Origin: Rhodobacter sp. | GTDB lineage: Bacteria > Pseudomonadota > Alphaproteobacteria > Rhodobacterales > Rhodobacteraceae | DNA: 64,000 bases | Reading direction: 5' to 3' | Assembly: GCA_041738105.1 (NCBI GenBank) | Contig: JBGSQL010000092.1 | Location: 14,420-78,419, forward strand | Part shown: positions 10,664-20,972 of the stretch, one piece after another | How the letters are laid out: each line of letters starts with the position of its first letter | Position numbering within the stretch: the stretch's first letter is position 1 | The notes under the pieces: generated by a model | The model's database searches: none | What the model was told of the DNA's origin: nothing | Seen by the model: the letters and a program-made list of their open reading frames with translations, nothing else | Translations under genes and position numbers: made by a program

Positions 10664-11495
10664 GGCCTTCGCGCCGGCCAAGATCAATCTCGCACTTCAC
10701 GTCACGGGGCGTCGAGCTGACGGGTACCATTTTCTGGACAGCCTTGTTGCGTTTGTCGATCTGGGTGACAGGATTACAGCCGAACGGGCCGACACTCTGG
10801 CCTTACGCGTTACGGGCAGTTTTGCCGACGCGTTGAGCGAAGGGCCGGAAAATCTGGTTCTGCGCGCCGCCCGCCTATTTGGAGGGAACCTGGGCGCGGC
10901 ACTGACCCTGGACAAGACGGTGCCGGTCGCCTCGGGAGTAGGTGGTGGATCGGCGGATGCGGCGGCAACGCTGCAGGCGCTGGCACAGTTGTGGGGCGTG
11001 CCGTTGCCTTCGGATGTCTCGGTTCTTTCACTAGGCGCCGATGTGCCAGTTTGCCTTTATGGGCGAGCGGCCCGCATGACCGGAGTGGGCGAGGTGATCC
11101 ATCCCTTGCACCACCCGTTACCGGCCGCGTCGGTCGTTTTGGCGAACCCCGGCATCGCAGTTTCAACACCGACCGTCTTTGCGGCACTTCACCGGCATGA
11201 TTTCGCACCGCTTCCACGGGACTTGCCGCGATTGCACAATCTGGCGGAGTTGGCTGCATTTCTGGGAATGCTGCGCAACGATCTGGAGCCCGTTGCGATT
11301 GCCTTGCATCCTGTCATTGAGCAGGTAACTTCCGCGCTTTCGGCACAACCCGGGTGTTGCATCGCACGGATGTCGGGATCGGGCGCGACCTGTTTCGGAC
11401 TGTTCCCTGACCCCCTGTCGGCGGCCGCGGCTGCGCGTGCAATCACAGAGAGCCAACCCGGATGGTGGGTCGCAGCGGCAGCGCTCAGGCCCTAG
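10653..11495 (+). CDS. ispE: 4-diphosphocytidyl-2-C-methyl-D-erythritol kinase
   Basis: [41 protein letters not shown]; start ATG 10653. Confidence 0.96.
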   Translation: MAIEAFAPAKINLALHVTGRRADGYHFLDSLVAFVDLGDRITAERADTLALRVTGSFADALSEGPENLVLRAARLFGGNLGAALTLDKTVPVASGVGGGSADAAATLQALAQLWGVPLPSDVSVLSLGADVPVCLYGRAARMTGVGEVIHPLHHPLPAASVVLANPGIAVSTPTVFAALHRHDFAPLPRDLPRLHNLAELAAFLGMLRNDLEPVAIALHPVIEQVTSALSAQPGCCIARMSGSGATCFGLFPDPLSAAAAARAITESQPGWWVAAAALRP

Positions 11496-12493
11496 TTTGC
11501 GCGAGCTATTACGTAGCTGGCCAGATTTTCCAGCATCGTCTTCAGTGGATGATCCGGCAAACATGTCAGCGATTGGCGCGCCGTTTCGGCCCATCTCAAG
11601 GCATCTGACCGCGCGGCCTCCATCGCACCATGCCGTTGCATGATCGTCATCGCATGCGCCAAGTCACCGTCGCGTTGTTCGCCCTTCTCGATCACACGGA
11701 CCCAGAAGGCCCGCTCTACGGGATCAGCCGCCGCCACGGCCTTTATCATCGGTAGAGTCACCTTGCGTTCACGGAAGTCGTCACCCGTGTTCTTGCCGAT
11801 TGCATCCGCACTGCCGCCATAGTCCAGCAGATCATCAACAATCTGAAATGCGATCCCCAGCGCATCGCCATAGACACGCAGTGCCGTCACATGTTCATCT
11901 GACGCTCCGGCAATGACCGCTCCCGCCTCGGTAGCCGCCGAAAAAAGCGCCGCCGTCTTGCCTCGCACAACTTGCAGATAGATCCTCTCATCTGTCGCAA
12001 GATCCCGCGCGGCGGTCAGCTGCAGAACTTCGCCCTCGGCAATAACGGCAGCCGCGTTTGACAGGATGTCCAGCACGCGCAAATTGCCCGGCTCCACCAT
12101 CAACTGGAAGGACCGCGCAAACAGATAGTCGCCAACCAGCACACTCGACTTGTTGTCCCATAGCAGGTTTGCAGTCGGCCGTCCTCGTCTGCGCTCGCTT
12201 TCATCGACCACATCGTCGTGAAGAAGCGTTGCGGTGTGGATGAACTCCACCGTCGCCGCAAGGTGGATGTGATAGGGTCCGGAATACCCGCAGAGCCGGG
12301 CCGCAGCCAAGGTCAGCATCGGGCGCAAGCGTTTGCCGCCGGCCTCGACAAGATGCGCCGTCACCTCAGGAATTCGCGGCGCGTGTTCCGACGCCATCCT
12401 GTCACGGATCAGAGCATTCACTTCCGCCATATCGCCGGCGAGCCAGCTCGCCAGCTGGTCGTGCGGCTTCACCGATACTTCATCCAACCCCAT
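11492..12493 (-). CDS. ispB: Long-chain polyprenyl diphosphate synthase (IspB/DdsA type)
   Basis: [31 protein letters not shown]; start ATG 12493. Confidence 0.93.
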   Translation of the reverse strand: MGLDEVSVKPHDQLASWLAGDMAEVNALIRDRMASEHAPRIPEVTAHLVEAGGKRLRPMLTLAAARLCGYSGPYHIHLAATVEFIHTATLLHDDVVDESERRRGRPTANLLWDNKSSVLVGDYLFARSFQLMVEPGNLRVLDILSNAAAVIAEGEVLQLTAARDLATDERIYLQVVRGKTAALFSAATEAGAVIAGASDEHVTALRVYGDALGIAFQIVDDLLDYGGSADAIGKNTGDDFRERKVTLPMIKAVAAADPVERAFWVRVIEKGEQRDGDLAHAMTIMQRHGAMEAARSDALRWAETARQSLTCLPDHPLKTMLENLASYVIARAN

Positions 12494-12550
12494 GACCGCC
12501 TTGCCACCACCCCTCGACAAGCCATCCACCCGCCGATTATGTCCGTCAGA

Positions 12551-12766
12551 ATGAAAGAACTCATGCGCAGCAGCGATCCAACCGTAATCGCCTTTGCCTC
12601 GGCCCTTCTGACGGGTGAAGGTATAGCTGTGTTCCAGATGGACGTCCACATGAGCGTCCTCGAAGGCTCGCTCGGCATACTGCCGCGCCGAATCATGGTT
12701 CGCGACCAAGATCATTGGCGGGCGCGCATTGTGCTTGCGGACAACGATATCCCGACAGGCCTGTAG
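12551..12766 (+). CDS. DUF2007-type small protein
   Basis: MKELMRSSDP..D.HMSVLEGSLGILPRRIMV; divergent from the polyprenyl synthase gene, stop overlaps the next start. Confidence 0.85.
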   Translation: MKELMRSSDPTVIAFASALLTGEGIAVFQMDVHMSVLEGSLGILPRRIMVRDQDHWRARIVLADNDIPTGL

Positions 12767-13527
12767 TGTTCGCTCGCGATCAGCTTAGCGATGACGGGTT
12801 TCTGGATGGGAAACTGCGGATCCTGCAACCGCGCAACGGCTATCGGGCGGCAACCGATCCGGTTTTTCTGGCAGCTGCGGTTCCTGCCAAGCCGGGCGAA
12901 AGCGTGCTGGATCTCGGGTGTGGCGTCGGTGTGGCAAGTCTTTGCCTGGCGGCGCGGGTGCCGAACCTCGCGCTGAGCGGGCTGGAGCGACAGCCAGAAT
13001 ATGCGGCACTTGCCCGCGAAAACGCAGCGCGAAATTCGATCGAACTCGCGGTCTTTGAGGGCGATCTCGAGCAGGTTCCCGCCGCTTTGCGGCAGGCCTT
13101 TGCCCATGTCATCGCAAATCCGCCGTATCTTGTTCCGGGTGATGGCACCCCTGCTGGCGACGCCGGCCGCGAAGCGGCGCTGCGTGAGCAAACGCCGCTT
13201 TCAGCCTGGATTGAAGCGGCAACTCGTCGGCTGGCGCCAGGAGGGTGCCTGAGCATGATTCACGAGGTGGCAAGATTGCCTGCCCTTCTCAGCGCTATCG
13301 ACCGGCGCCTTGGCTCGATCATCCTGCTGCCCCTTGCATCCCGTGAAGGGCGCCCCGCGAATCGCATCATTCTGCGGGCGCGCAAGGGCGGGCGCGCGCC
13401 CTTTCGTCTGTTGCCGCCTGTGATCTTGCACGACGGGGAAGCACATGACGCCGATCGCGACAGTTTCACCCCAGAGATACGGGCAGTTCTTCGCGACGGC
13501 GGCAGTCTTCTTGCTCGCTTTGGTTGA
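12766..13527 (+). CDS. tRNA1(Val) A37 N6-methyltransferase family protein
   Basis: QPRNGYRAATDPVFLAA, VLDLGCGVG SAM motif, ANPPY; GTG start overlaps the upstream TAG. Confidence 0.88.
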   Translation: MFARDQLSDDGFLDGKLRILQPRNGYRAATDPVFLAAAVPAKPGESVLDLGCGVGVASLCLAARVPNLALSGLERQPEYAALARENAARNSIELAVFEGDLEQVPAALRQAFAHVIANPPYLVPGDGTPAGDAGREAALREQTPLSAWIEAATRRLAPGGCLSMIHEVARLPALLSAIDRRLGSIILLPLASREGRPANRIILRARKGGRAPFRLLPPVILHDGEAHDADRDSFTPEIRAVLRDGGSLLARFG

Positions 13528-13628
13528 GTTTTCGGGGGTTCTCTGACGCGACGTCAGCAAGCCCACGTGACACGACTCAGGGTTTGTGATGAACTCGTGA
13601 CACGCGTTGGAAACGAAGGAGGATGGAT

Positions 13629-13796
13629 ATGACGATCGCTTCGCATCTGCAGGAACTGCGCCGCAAGCATGAAACCCTCTCTGAACAGGTTGAAAAAGCG
13701 CAGCGCAACCCTGGGATGGACGACCTTCAGATCGCCGCCATGAAGAAGCAGAAACTCAAGATCAAGGAAGAAATCACGCGCCTCAGTCAGGGCTGA
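13629..13796 (+). CDS. YdcH/DUF465 family small protein (55 aa, not in ORF track)
   Basis: MTIASHLQELRRKHETLSEQVEKAQRNPGMDDLQIAAMKKQKLKIKEEITRLSQG; strong AAGGAGG RBS. Confidence 0.9.
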   Translation: MTIASHLQELRRKHETLSEQVEKAQRNPGMDDLQIAAMKKQKLKIKEEITRLSQG

Positions 13797-14667
13797 CCTG
13801 TCTGGCGCTGGCCCGCGCCGCCAGCGCCGCACCACTGGCAATCAAGAGCGCCGCTGTCAGGATCGTGCCCGAGGGCGCAGTGATCCCGGTCGCGACGAGC
13901 GCAAGCGTAGAAAGCAACGGCGCCGCGTAGGACGCGACGCCAAGCAGTTGGATGTCGCCCCGCTTCATGCCGACATCCCAGGTAAAGAACGCGATCCCGA
14001 CAGGTCCGACCCCGAGCGCAAGCACGGAGAACCAGCCGATCGTCGAACTGGGCCAGACGGTTTTTTCCGATGCGAGATGTGCCACCAGGGACAGAACGGC
14101 AGTGGCGAGGCAAAACACGGTGACACTCGCCGTCGGAACCTCGCCCAGGCGTCGTGACAGCACGGAATAGCCCGCCCACGTCAACGCGCAGAGAAAGGCC
14201 AGTACGAGGCCGGGAAATGCTGCCGTCGTCATCCCGCCTGCACCCCGAAGCACGATCAGCGCCGCCCCGGCAAAAGCAAGAAGAGCCCCAAGGACGTGCA
14301 GCAGCCCGAGACGTTCGCCCGGCAGTAATCCCGAAAGAAGAACGATGAACAACGGCCAGAGATAAGCGATCAGGCCTGCTTCGGCAGCCGGTGCCATCCG
14401 CAGCGCCGAGAAGTACAGGAAGTGATAGCCGAACAGCGCGAGTGTTCCGAATAGGTAGACCTTCCAGCTGATCTCCCTCAGCTTGCGCGCTTCTCGAGCC
14501 CACAATACCCATCCGCCACCGATCGCCCCGCCAATCGAAAAGGTAAGCGCCGTTAGCAAGAACGGTGGCACGGGTGCAGTACCAACGGTCAACAGCGCCA
14601 GAAGCGACCAAAGCAGGATCGCGGAAAAGCCGATTGCAGTGGCACGGGGGCGCGTCATGAGGGCCAT
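13783..14667 (-). CDS. DMT/EamA family exporter (YddG-like)
   Basis: About 10 TM helices, LIAYLWPLFIV, WDVGMKRGDI..SYAAPLLST; start 14667 or 14658. Confidence 0.88.
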   Translation of the reverse strand: MALMTRPRATAIGFSAILLWSLLALLTVGTAPVPPFLLTALTFSIGGAIGGGWVLWAREARKLREISWKVYLFGTLALFGYHFLYFSALRMAPAAEAGLIAYLWPLFIVLLSGLLPGERLGLLHVLGALLAFAGAALIVLRGAGGMTTAAFPGLVLAFLCALTWAGYSVLSRRLGEVPTASVTVFCLATAVLSLVAHLASEKTVWPSSTIGWFSVLALGVGPVGIAFFTWDVGMKRGDIQLLGVASYAAPLLSTLALVATGITAPSGTILTAALLIASGAALAARASARQVSPD

Positions 14668-14728
14668 GAGTGCCTGTGAACGTGCGACGCTTCAAGCCTT
14701 ACCGACCTGCAGGCGCCACACGTTGAGA

Positions 14729-15454
14729 TCAGACGACGAACTGGCCACCATTCGCCGAGATTGTCGATCCAGTGATGAAGCCAGCATCGTCTGCCGCCAG
14801 AAAGACCACGATGCGGGCGATTTCTGACGGTTCTCCGAGGCGACCTACCGGGATTTGCGGGATTATGCGTTCGTTCAGAACCTTTTCGTCAATTGCGCGC
14901 ACCATTTCGGTTCCGATGTAGCCGGGACAAATCGCGTTCACCGTAATCCCAGCCCGTGCACCTTCCTGCGCTAGCGCTTTGGTAAAGCCCAGATCCCCCG
15001 ATTTCGCCGCCGAGTAGTTGGCCTGGCCTGCCTGTCCCTTCTGTCCGTTGATCGACGAGATGTTGATGACACGACCGAACTTGCGATCGCGCATCCCGCT
15101 CCAGACAGGGTGGGTCATGTTGAAAAGGCCCGTGAGGTTCGTGTCGATCACCTCTTTCCATTGGCCGGGCGTCATCTTGTGGAACATGGCGTCGCGGGTG
15201 ATGCCGGCGTTGTTCACCAGAACGTCGATCGGGCCCAGATCAGCCTCCACCTTGGCGATTCCGGCGGCGCAGGCATCGTAGTCTGCAACAGACCAGCGGT
15301 AGGTCGGGATTCCGGTTTCCTTCGTGAAGGCCGCCGCTGCCTCTTCATTGCCCGCATAGTTCGCAGCGACAGTGTATCCCGCCGCCTTCAAGGCAACTGA
15401 GATGGCTGCGCCGATGCCGCGCGATCCCCCTGTCACCAATGCTACTCTCGCCAT
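14729..15454 (-). CDS. phaB: Acetoacetyl-CoA reductase
   Basis: TGGSRGIG, NNAGITRD, GQANYSAAK; downstream of thiolase; GGAGGAG RBS. Confidence 0.96.
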   Translation of the reverse strand: MARVALVTGGSRGIGAAISVALKAAGYTVAANYAGNEEAAAAFTKETGIPTYRWSVADYDACAAGIAKVEADLGPIDVLVNNAGITRDAMFHKMTPGQWKEVIDTNLTGLFNMTHPVWSGMRDRKFGRVINISSINGQKGQAGQANYSAAKSGDLGFTKALAQEGARAGITVNAICPGYIGTEMVRAIDEKVLNERIIPQIPVGRLGEPSEIARIVVFLAADDAGFITGSTISANGGQFVV

Positions 15455-15499
15455 GATTTCCTCCTCCACGCGATCAACTTCGAAAGACTGTTATCCAAA

Positions 15500-15538
15500 T
15501 GAAGAATGACGCGCAACAATGTTGCGCGTCATTCTTCA
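15500..15538. repeat. Perfect inverted repeat in the phaA-phaB spacer
   Basis: TGAAGAATGACGCGCAACA-A-TGTTGCGCGTCATTCTTCA, 19-bp arms with no mismatch. Confidence 0.9.
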
Positions 15539-15551
15539 ATCCTCTTTCGAA

Positions 15552-16727
15552 TCAGCCGCGCTCGAGACACATGGCGACCCCCATGCCTCCACCGATGCAA
15601 AGCGTTGCAAGGCCACGCTTGGCGCTTCGACGTTTCATCTCATAGAGTAGCGTTGTCAGGATACGAGCGCCCGACGCCCCGATCGGGTGACCGATCGCAA
15701 TCGCGCCCCCGTTCACGTTCACATTTGCCGGATCCCAACCCATGTCCTTGTTTACCGCGCAGGCCTGCGCAGCGAACGCTTCATTTGCCTCCACAAGATC
15801 AAGGTCGGCAGGCTTCCATCCGGCTTTTTCCAATGCCTTTCGGCTTGCGGTGATGGGACCGACACCCATGATCGACGGATCGACCCCAGCGGTCGCATAG
15901 GACGCAATTCGTGCGAGCGGGGTCAGGCCGCGACGCTCTGCCTCATCGGCCGACATCAGCACTAGCGCCGCTGCGCCATCGTTCAATCCGCTGGCATTGC
16001 CGGCGGTGACCGAGCCATCCTTGGCGAATGCGGGGCGCAACTTGGCCATCGCCTCCAGCGTCGCGCCGTAGCGAATGTATTCGTCGGCATCGACAGTGAC
16101 GTCGCCCTTGCGGGTCGAGATCACGAAAGGCACGATTTCTTCCACGAACTTGCCCGCCTTCTGCGCGGCTTCGGCCTTGTTCTGGCTGGCGACAGCAAAC
16201 GCATCCTGCACGTCGCGACTGATCTGCCACTGGGTCGCGACATTCTCGGCCGTCTGGCCCATGTGATAGCCATTGAACGCATCCCAGAGGCCGTCCCTGA
16301 TCATCGAGTCGATGAACTTGACATCTCCCATCTTGGTTCCGGCCCGCATATGCGAGACATGCGGCGAAAGGCTCATGCTTTCCTGACCACCCGCCACCAC
16401 GATCCCGGCATCGCCCAATTGGATGTGTTGGGCGGCAAGGGCGACTGCGCGCAAACCTGACCCACAGACTTGATTGAGCGACCATGCTGCTGATGCGATC
16501 GGCAAGCCGGCGTTTATGTGCGCCTGGCGGGCGGGATTTTGCCCTTGGCCGGCGGTCAGCACCTGACCAAGGATCGTCTCGGAAACTTCGCTCTTCTCGA
16601 TGCCTGCACGTGCGACGGCCTCTCCGATTGCCTTCGCGCCCAGGTCATGCGCTGGTGTGTTGGCAAACGCTCCGTTGAAACTGCCGACAGCGGTACGCGC
16701 TGCCGAAACGATTACGACATTAGTCAT
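15552..16727 (-). CDS. phaA: Acetyl-CoA C-acetyltransferase (beta-ketothiolase)
   Basis: [29 protein letters not shown]. Confidence 0.96.
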   Translation of the reverse strand: MTNVVIVSAARTAVGSFNGAFANTPAHDLGAKAIGEAVARAGIEKSEVSETILGQVLTAGQGQNPARQAHINAGLPIASAAWSLNQVCGSGLRAVALAAQHIQLGDAGIVVAGGQESMSLSPHVSHMRAGTKMGDVKFIDSMIRDGLWDAFNGYHMGQTAENVATQWQISRDVQDAFAVASQNKAEAAQKAGKFVEEIVPFVISTRKGDVTVDADEYIRYGATLEAMAKLRPAFAKDGSVTAGNASGLNDGAAALVLMSADEAERRGLTPLARIASYATAGVDPSIMGVGPITASRKALEKAGWKPADLDLVEANEAFAAQACAVNKDMGWDPANVNVNGGAIAIGHPIGASGARILTTLLYEMKRRSAKRGLATLCIGGGMGVAMCLERG

Positions 16728-16872
16728 GCTGTGATCCTCTCCCTGGGCTGGTCGCGGCGTAAATCAACCTTTTGCCGCCTCAATGAACGGCGTAAGCGGG
16801 GGTAAGGTCAAGCGCAAGGCGCATCAGGCCGCAAGGCAGCGTTGACGCCTCTCACAATGGCACCAGCAGGGG

Positions 16873-17709
16873 TCATGCGCGGCGGTGATCGGCCTGTGCG
16901 CTCCAGTCAGGAGCCATGGTCGGCATCCCGAAAAGATAGCCTTGCAGGCAGTCCACACCCTGTGCCTGCAACCACGCTGCGTCTTCGGCCGTCTCAACCG
17001 ACTCGGCAATCGCGAACATGTCGAACTGCCGTGCGATCATCAGCAATGCCTGGGTCAGCACCTGATTGTCAGGGTCGCAATGCACGCCCCGGATGAACTG
17101 CCCGTCGATCTTGACCATATCGAAGAAGAAGTCCTTGAAATAGCGAAAAGCTGTGTAGCCCGCGCCGAAGTCATCCAGCGCAAAGGCGATACCGTGCTGC
17201 TGCAAGTCTGACATGAAGGTGGTCACGATCTCGGGCATCAGCATGGCCGACCCCTCGGTAATCTCGAGAATGAGCCGATCACCAACGGTCGTCTCGGCCG
17301 CAAGGCCGCGGCGCAGGACTTCCACCCAGCGCGGATAGCCGATTGATCGCGCCGACATGTTGATCGACAGCCTCAGGTCAGGCTCGCATCGCAAGGTTTC
17401 CAGACCAAGTTCAAGTGATGCACAGTCAATCAGTCGTCCGATCTCGCTGGTTTCGACGGTGCCGATGAAATCGCGCGCAGGGATCACCCGCCCAGTCTCA
17501 TCCATCAGGCGCACAAAGCCCTCGTAGAAGGCAACCTCGCCCGGATCTCGGCTTTTGACCACGGGCTGATAGGCCAAAGCAACGCGCCGTTTGCGCAAGG
17601 CCTCTCGCACAAGCGTCATGGTTGCACGATCTGCTTCAGAGATCGCCACCGAAAGTGGGCTTTCAGCGACATCGCCCAGACCTGTCGAATCCATCCAGAT
17701 GTTCGCCAC
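16873..17709 (-). CDS. Stand-alone EAL-domain protein (putative c-di-GMP phosphodiesterase)
   Basis: YQP..YEGFVRL, LSINMS, LEITE, DDFGAGY, KIDGQF, AESVET, QGY. Confidence 0.9.
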   Translation of the reverse strand: MANIWMDSTGLGDVAESPLSVAISEADRATMTLVREALRKRRVALAYQPVVKSRDPGEVAFYEGFVRLMDETGRVIPARDFIGTVETSEIGRLIDCASLELGLETLRCEPDLRLSINMSARSIGYPRWVEVLRRGLAAETTVGDRLILEITEGSAMLMPEIVTTFMSDLQQHGIAFALDDFGAGYTAFRYFKDFFFDMVKIDGQFIRGVHCDPDNQVLTQALLMIARQFDMFAIAESVETAEDAAWLQAQGVDCLQGYLFGMPTMAPDWSAQADHRRA

Positions 17710-17821
17710 GGCAGCCTCCGCTTCTGTTCCGCTCGACAGAATGCGATCCGATCTCTAAGGAAAGTGTGAATATTCCTTGTCTGTTCCTTCCCGCACAGGC
17801 GTTAAACAGCTGGGGTCCATC

Positions 17822-18412
17822 ATGGCAGAATCGGTTGATCCGGCGTCGGCACGCTGCCCCTGGTGTGGCACCGACCCACTCTATGTGGTGTATCACGACA
17901 CTGAATGGGGCGTCCCCGAACGCGACGGGAGGGCCTTGTGGGAGAAGCTGATCCTGGACGGTTTTCAGGCGGGTCTTGCGTGGATCACAATCTTGCGCAA
18001 GCGCGACGCCTTCCGGCAGGCCTTTGACGACTTTGATCCGTGCAAGATCGCAGATTGGGGCGAGCCCGAGATTGAGCGCCTGCTGGCAAATCCCGGCATC
18101 GTCCGTCATCGCGGCAAGATCGCGGCGACGATCGACGGGGCGCGCGCCTATCTTCGTATCGAGGAGCGCGAAGGGTTTGCATCATTCATCTGGCGCCATG
18201 TCGGCGGGGCGCCTGTCCAGAACCGGTTTGCCTCCATGGCGGAGATCCCGACCGAGACCGAAGTTTCGCGCGCGCTTTCGAAAGCACTCAAGGCCGAGGG
18301 ATTTCGCTTTTGTGGCCCGACGATCGTTTACGCTTTCATGCAGGCAACAGGGCTTGTGAACGATCATCTTGTGACCTGCCCGGCCCATGCAAGGGTCGCC
18401 CTGCCTGGATGA
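17822..18412 (+). CDS. tag: DNA-3-methyladenine glycosylase I
   Basis: RCPW..YHDTEWG, FQAGLAWITILRKR, GLVNDHLVTC. Confidence 0.95.
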   Translation: MAESVDPASARCPWCGTDPLYVVYHDTEWGVPERDGRALWEKLILDGFQAGLAWITILRKRDAFRQAFDDFDPCKIADWGEPEIERLLANPGIVRHRGKIAATIDGARAYLRIEEREGFASFIWRHVGGAPVQNRFASMAEIPTETEVSRALSKALKAEGFRFCGPTIVYAFMQATGLVNDHLVTCPAHARVALPG

Positions 18413-18415
18413 CGT

Positions 18416-18967
18416 TCAATCCTCCGTCGTCAGCGCGCCCAGAACGGCTTGCGCATTCTCGCTGTCCCAGGCCGCATCCCCGATCAACCGCGCAACCTCT
18501 TTGCCTTCGGGGTTCAAGACAATCGTCACCGGCAGGCCCATCACACCCAGCTCTCGCGCAAGTTGCGACCGCGCATCAAGCATGATCGGCAGGTTCGATA
18601 CAGCAGCCTCTGCGTAGAACTTGCGGATCCCCACGACCGAGTTGCGCCCGGTTGCCACAGGAAGGACTGCAATCTGCGGCATGGCTGCCTGCAACCGGTC
18701 AAGCGAGGGCATCTCGTGTCGGCAGGGGGCGCACCAGGTTGCCCAGAAGTTCAGAACCACCCACCTGCCCTGCCATTCAGCCAGCGCGTGCGGCTGGTCG
18801 TTTTCGTCCAGGATCAGGACATCGGGTAAGGGTCGTGCCTCTTGGCCAAAGACCAATTTGCGCATGTCGCCGTCGCGCAGCGCCACAGCCTCTTCGATTC
18901 CGGCGCGGGCGGGATTTGCAGTGAACGCAAGCGCCGTATAAAGACCAAAGACGAAAAGACGCAGCAT
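18416..18967 (-). CDS. TlpA family thiol-disulfide oxidoreductase
   Basis: [23 protein letters not shown]; N-terminal signal/anchor from ATG 18967. Confidence 0.92.
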   Translation of the reverse strand: MLRLFVFGLYTALAFTANPARAGIEEAVALRDGDMRKLVFGQEARPLPDVLILDENDQPHALAEWQGRWVVLNFWATWCAPCRHEMPSLDRLQAAMPQIAVLPVATGRNSVVGIRKFYAEAAVSNLPIMLDARSQLARELGVMGLPVTIVLNPEGKEVARLIGDAAWDSENAQAVLGALTTED

Positions 18968-18989
18968 GTTCCCCTCCAAGGGCCAATCG

Positions 18990-20402
18990 ATGACCGACAC
19001 CCCCCCAGAACCCGCAGCCCCATCCGCGAATGCGATGTGGGGCGGGCGCTTTGCAGCAGGCCCCGATGCCATCATGCAGGCGATAAACGCCTCGATCGGC
19101 TTCGACAGGCGGCTCCATGCTCAGGACATCCAAGGGTCGCGTGCCCATGTGGCCATGCTCGGCTTCACGGGTATCGTCAGCAATAAGGACGCAGAGGCGA
19201 TCGGGGAAGGCCTTCTCACGGTGTTGTCAGAACTTGAAACAGGAACCTTCCCGTTTCGCGACGAATATGAAGACATCCACATGAACGTCGAGGCCCGGCT
19301 GAAAGAACTGATCGGCGACGTTGCAGGACGCCTCCACACCGCAAGATCACGCAACGATCAGGTGGCGGTCGATTTCCGTCTTTGGGTCCGCGACCAATGT
19401 GATGCCGCGATCCTTGGCCTTGAGGCGCTGATGCGCGCCTTTCTGGCCCAGGCCGAGGCGGGCGCCAACTGGGTGATGCCCGGCTTTACCCACCTGCAAA
19501 GTGCGCAACCCGTGACCTGGGGGCATCACATGATGGCCTATGTCGAGATGCTGTCACGCGACCGGTCGCGTTTTGTCGATGCGCGCACCCGGATGAATGA
19601 ATGCCCACTTGGCGCTGCCGCTCTTGCAGGGACTTCCTTTCCGATCGACCGGGACATGACCGCAAGGGCGCTTGGGTTCGACCGCCCGACTGCCAATTCG
19701 CTCGACTCTGTCTCGGATCGCGATTTTGCTTTGGAGTTCCTTTCGGCCTCGTCGATTTGCGCGATGCACCTGTCGCGCTTTGCCGAAGAATTGGTGATCT
19801 GGTCATCGGCGCAGTTCCGCTTCGTGCGCCTTTCCGATCGCTGGACGACCGGATCCAGCATAATGCCGCAGAAGAAGAACCCCGACGCCGCCGAGCTTCT
19901 GCGCGCCAAGCTGGGCCGGATCCTTGGGGCCACAGTTGCACTTTTCACCGTGATGAAGGGGCTGCCGCTGGCGTATTCCAAGGACATGCAGGAAGACAAG
20001 GAGCAGGTCTTTGATGCGGCAGACACGCTGATGCTTGCGCTGGCCGCGATGACGGGAATGGTCACGGATATGACCGCGCAAAGGGTAAACCTTGCTGCCG
20101 CCGCTTCTGCCGGCTTTTCCACGGCAACCGACCTTGCCGACTGGCTGGTGCGCGACCTGGGCTTGCCATTCCGCGAAGCACATCACATCACCGGTACACT
20201 GGTGGCGAAGGCTGACGCAATGGGATGCGACCTGCCCGACCTGTCTCTGACTGACATGCAGGCAGTTCATGCCGGCATACGCGAGGATGTCTTTGATGTC
20301 TTGGGGGTGGAAAACTCCGTGCGCAGCCGCACCTCATATGGCGGGACTGCTCCCGATCAAGTTCGCGCCCAAATTGCCCGCTGGAAGGACCTTCTCGCAT
20401 GA
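18990..20402 (+). CDS. argH: Argininosuccinate lyase
   Basis: [29 protein letters not shown]. Confidence 0.98.
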   Translation: MTDTPPEPAAPSANAMWGGRFAAGPDAIMQAINASIGFDRRLHAQDIQGSRAHVAMLGFTGIVSNKDAEAIGEGLLTVLSELETGTFPFRDEYEDIHMNVEARLKELIGDVAGRLHTARSRNDQVAVDFRLWVRDQCDAAILGLEALMRAFLAQAEAGANWVMPGFTHLQSAQPVTWGHHMMAYVEMLSRDRSRFVDARTRMNECPLGAAALAGTSFPIDRDMTARALGFDRPTANSLDSVSDRDFALEFLSASSICAMHLSRFAEELVIWSSAQFRFVRLSDRWTTGSSIMPQKKNPDAAELLRAKLGRILGATVALFTVMKGLPLAYSKDMQEDKEQVFDAADTLMLALAAMTGMVTDMTAQRVNLAAAASAGFSTATDLADWLVRDLGLPFREAHHITGTLVAKADAMGCDLPDLSLTDMQAVHAGIREDVFDVLGVENSVRSRTSYGGTAPDQVRAQIARWKDLLA

Positions 20403-20548
20403 CCCGCGCCATCGCCGCTCTTGGGATCCTAGTACTGATTTCTGCCTGCGGCGCGGATGGCGCCCCGACCCCGCCCCCCGCCAAACCCTCGGCAACCGGC
20501 CTGACGATCAGTGGCAATGGACGCTTCGGTGCGACGGCAGACCTCTGA
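20399..20548 (+). CDS. Small lipoprotein (49 aa, not in ORF track), possibly LptM/YifL-like
   Basis: [27 protein letters not shown]...; lipobox ISAC; ATGA overlap with the argH stop and TGATG overlap with the next gene. Confidence 0.8.
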   Translation: MTRAIAALGILVLISACGADGAPTPPPAKPSATGLTISGNGRFGATADL

Positions 20549-20874
20549 TGCAGCCACTCCGCCTGATTTACCTCGGCCTTGCGATCTGGGGGGCGATCCA
20601 CCCGATGTGGTGGTTCCTGAAGTACATGCGCGAAACAGAAACGGGGCTCTCCGGGTTGATCGACGCCTGGTATGTAAACGCGTCAACCACCGGGCTGACC
20701 TGGGATCTGACGATCGCGGCTATTGCCCTGACGGTCTGGATCCTTGCCGAGTCTGCAGCGCGCCGTACTTGGGCCAACCTGATCGCAATTCCCGCGACCT
20801 TCTGCATCGGTGTTAGCTGCGGATTGCCGTTGTATCTGTTCTTGCGTGGTCGCCCTACCGGCACGGCTGCGTGA
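20548..20874 (+). CDS. DUF2834-type membrane protein
   Basis: Three TM segments, WDLTIAA, IGVSCGLPLYLFLR; coupled start at 20548. Confidence 0.82.
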   Translation: MQPLRLIYLGLAIWGAIHPMWWFLKYMRETETGLSGLIDAWYVNASTTGLTWDLTIAAIALTVWILAESAARRTWANLIAIPATFCIGVSCGLPLYLFLRGRPTGTAA

Positions 20875-20972
20875 TGTGGCGCCTAGTCTGAACGGCCAGT
20901 TTTCATCACTTCACTAACCTCGTCCTGTCCGGCCTGACACTTTCACGCGCCCCTTCACGAAAGACCGCCTGC

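Noticed and set aside
17755-17770. CtrA-like site upstream of the EAL gene (CTAAGGAAAGTGTGAA)
   Set aside because: Both half-sites and the spacing deviate from TTAA-N7-TTAA
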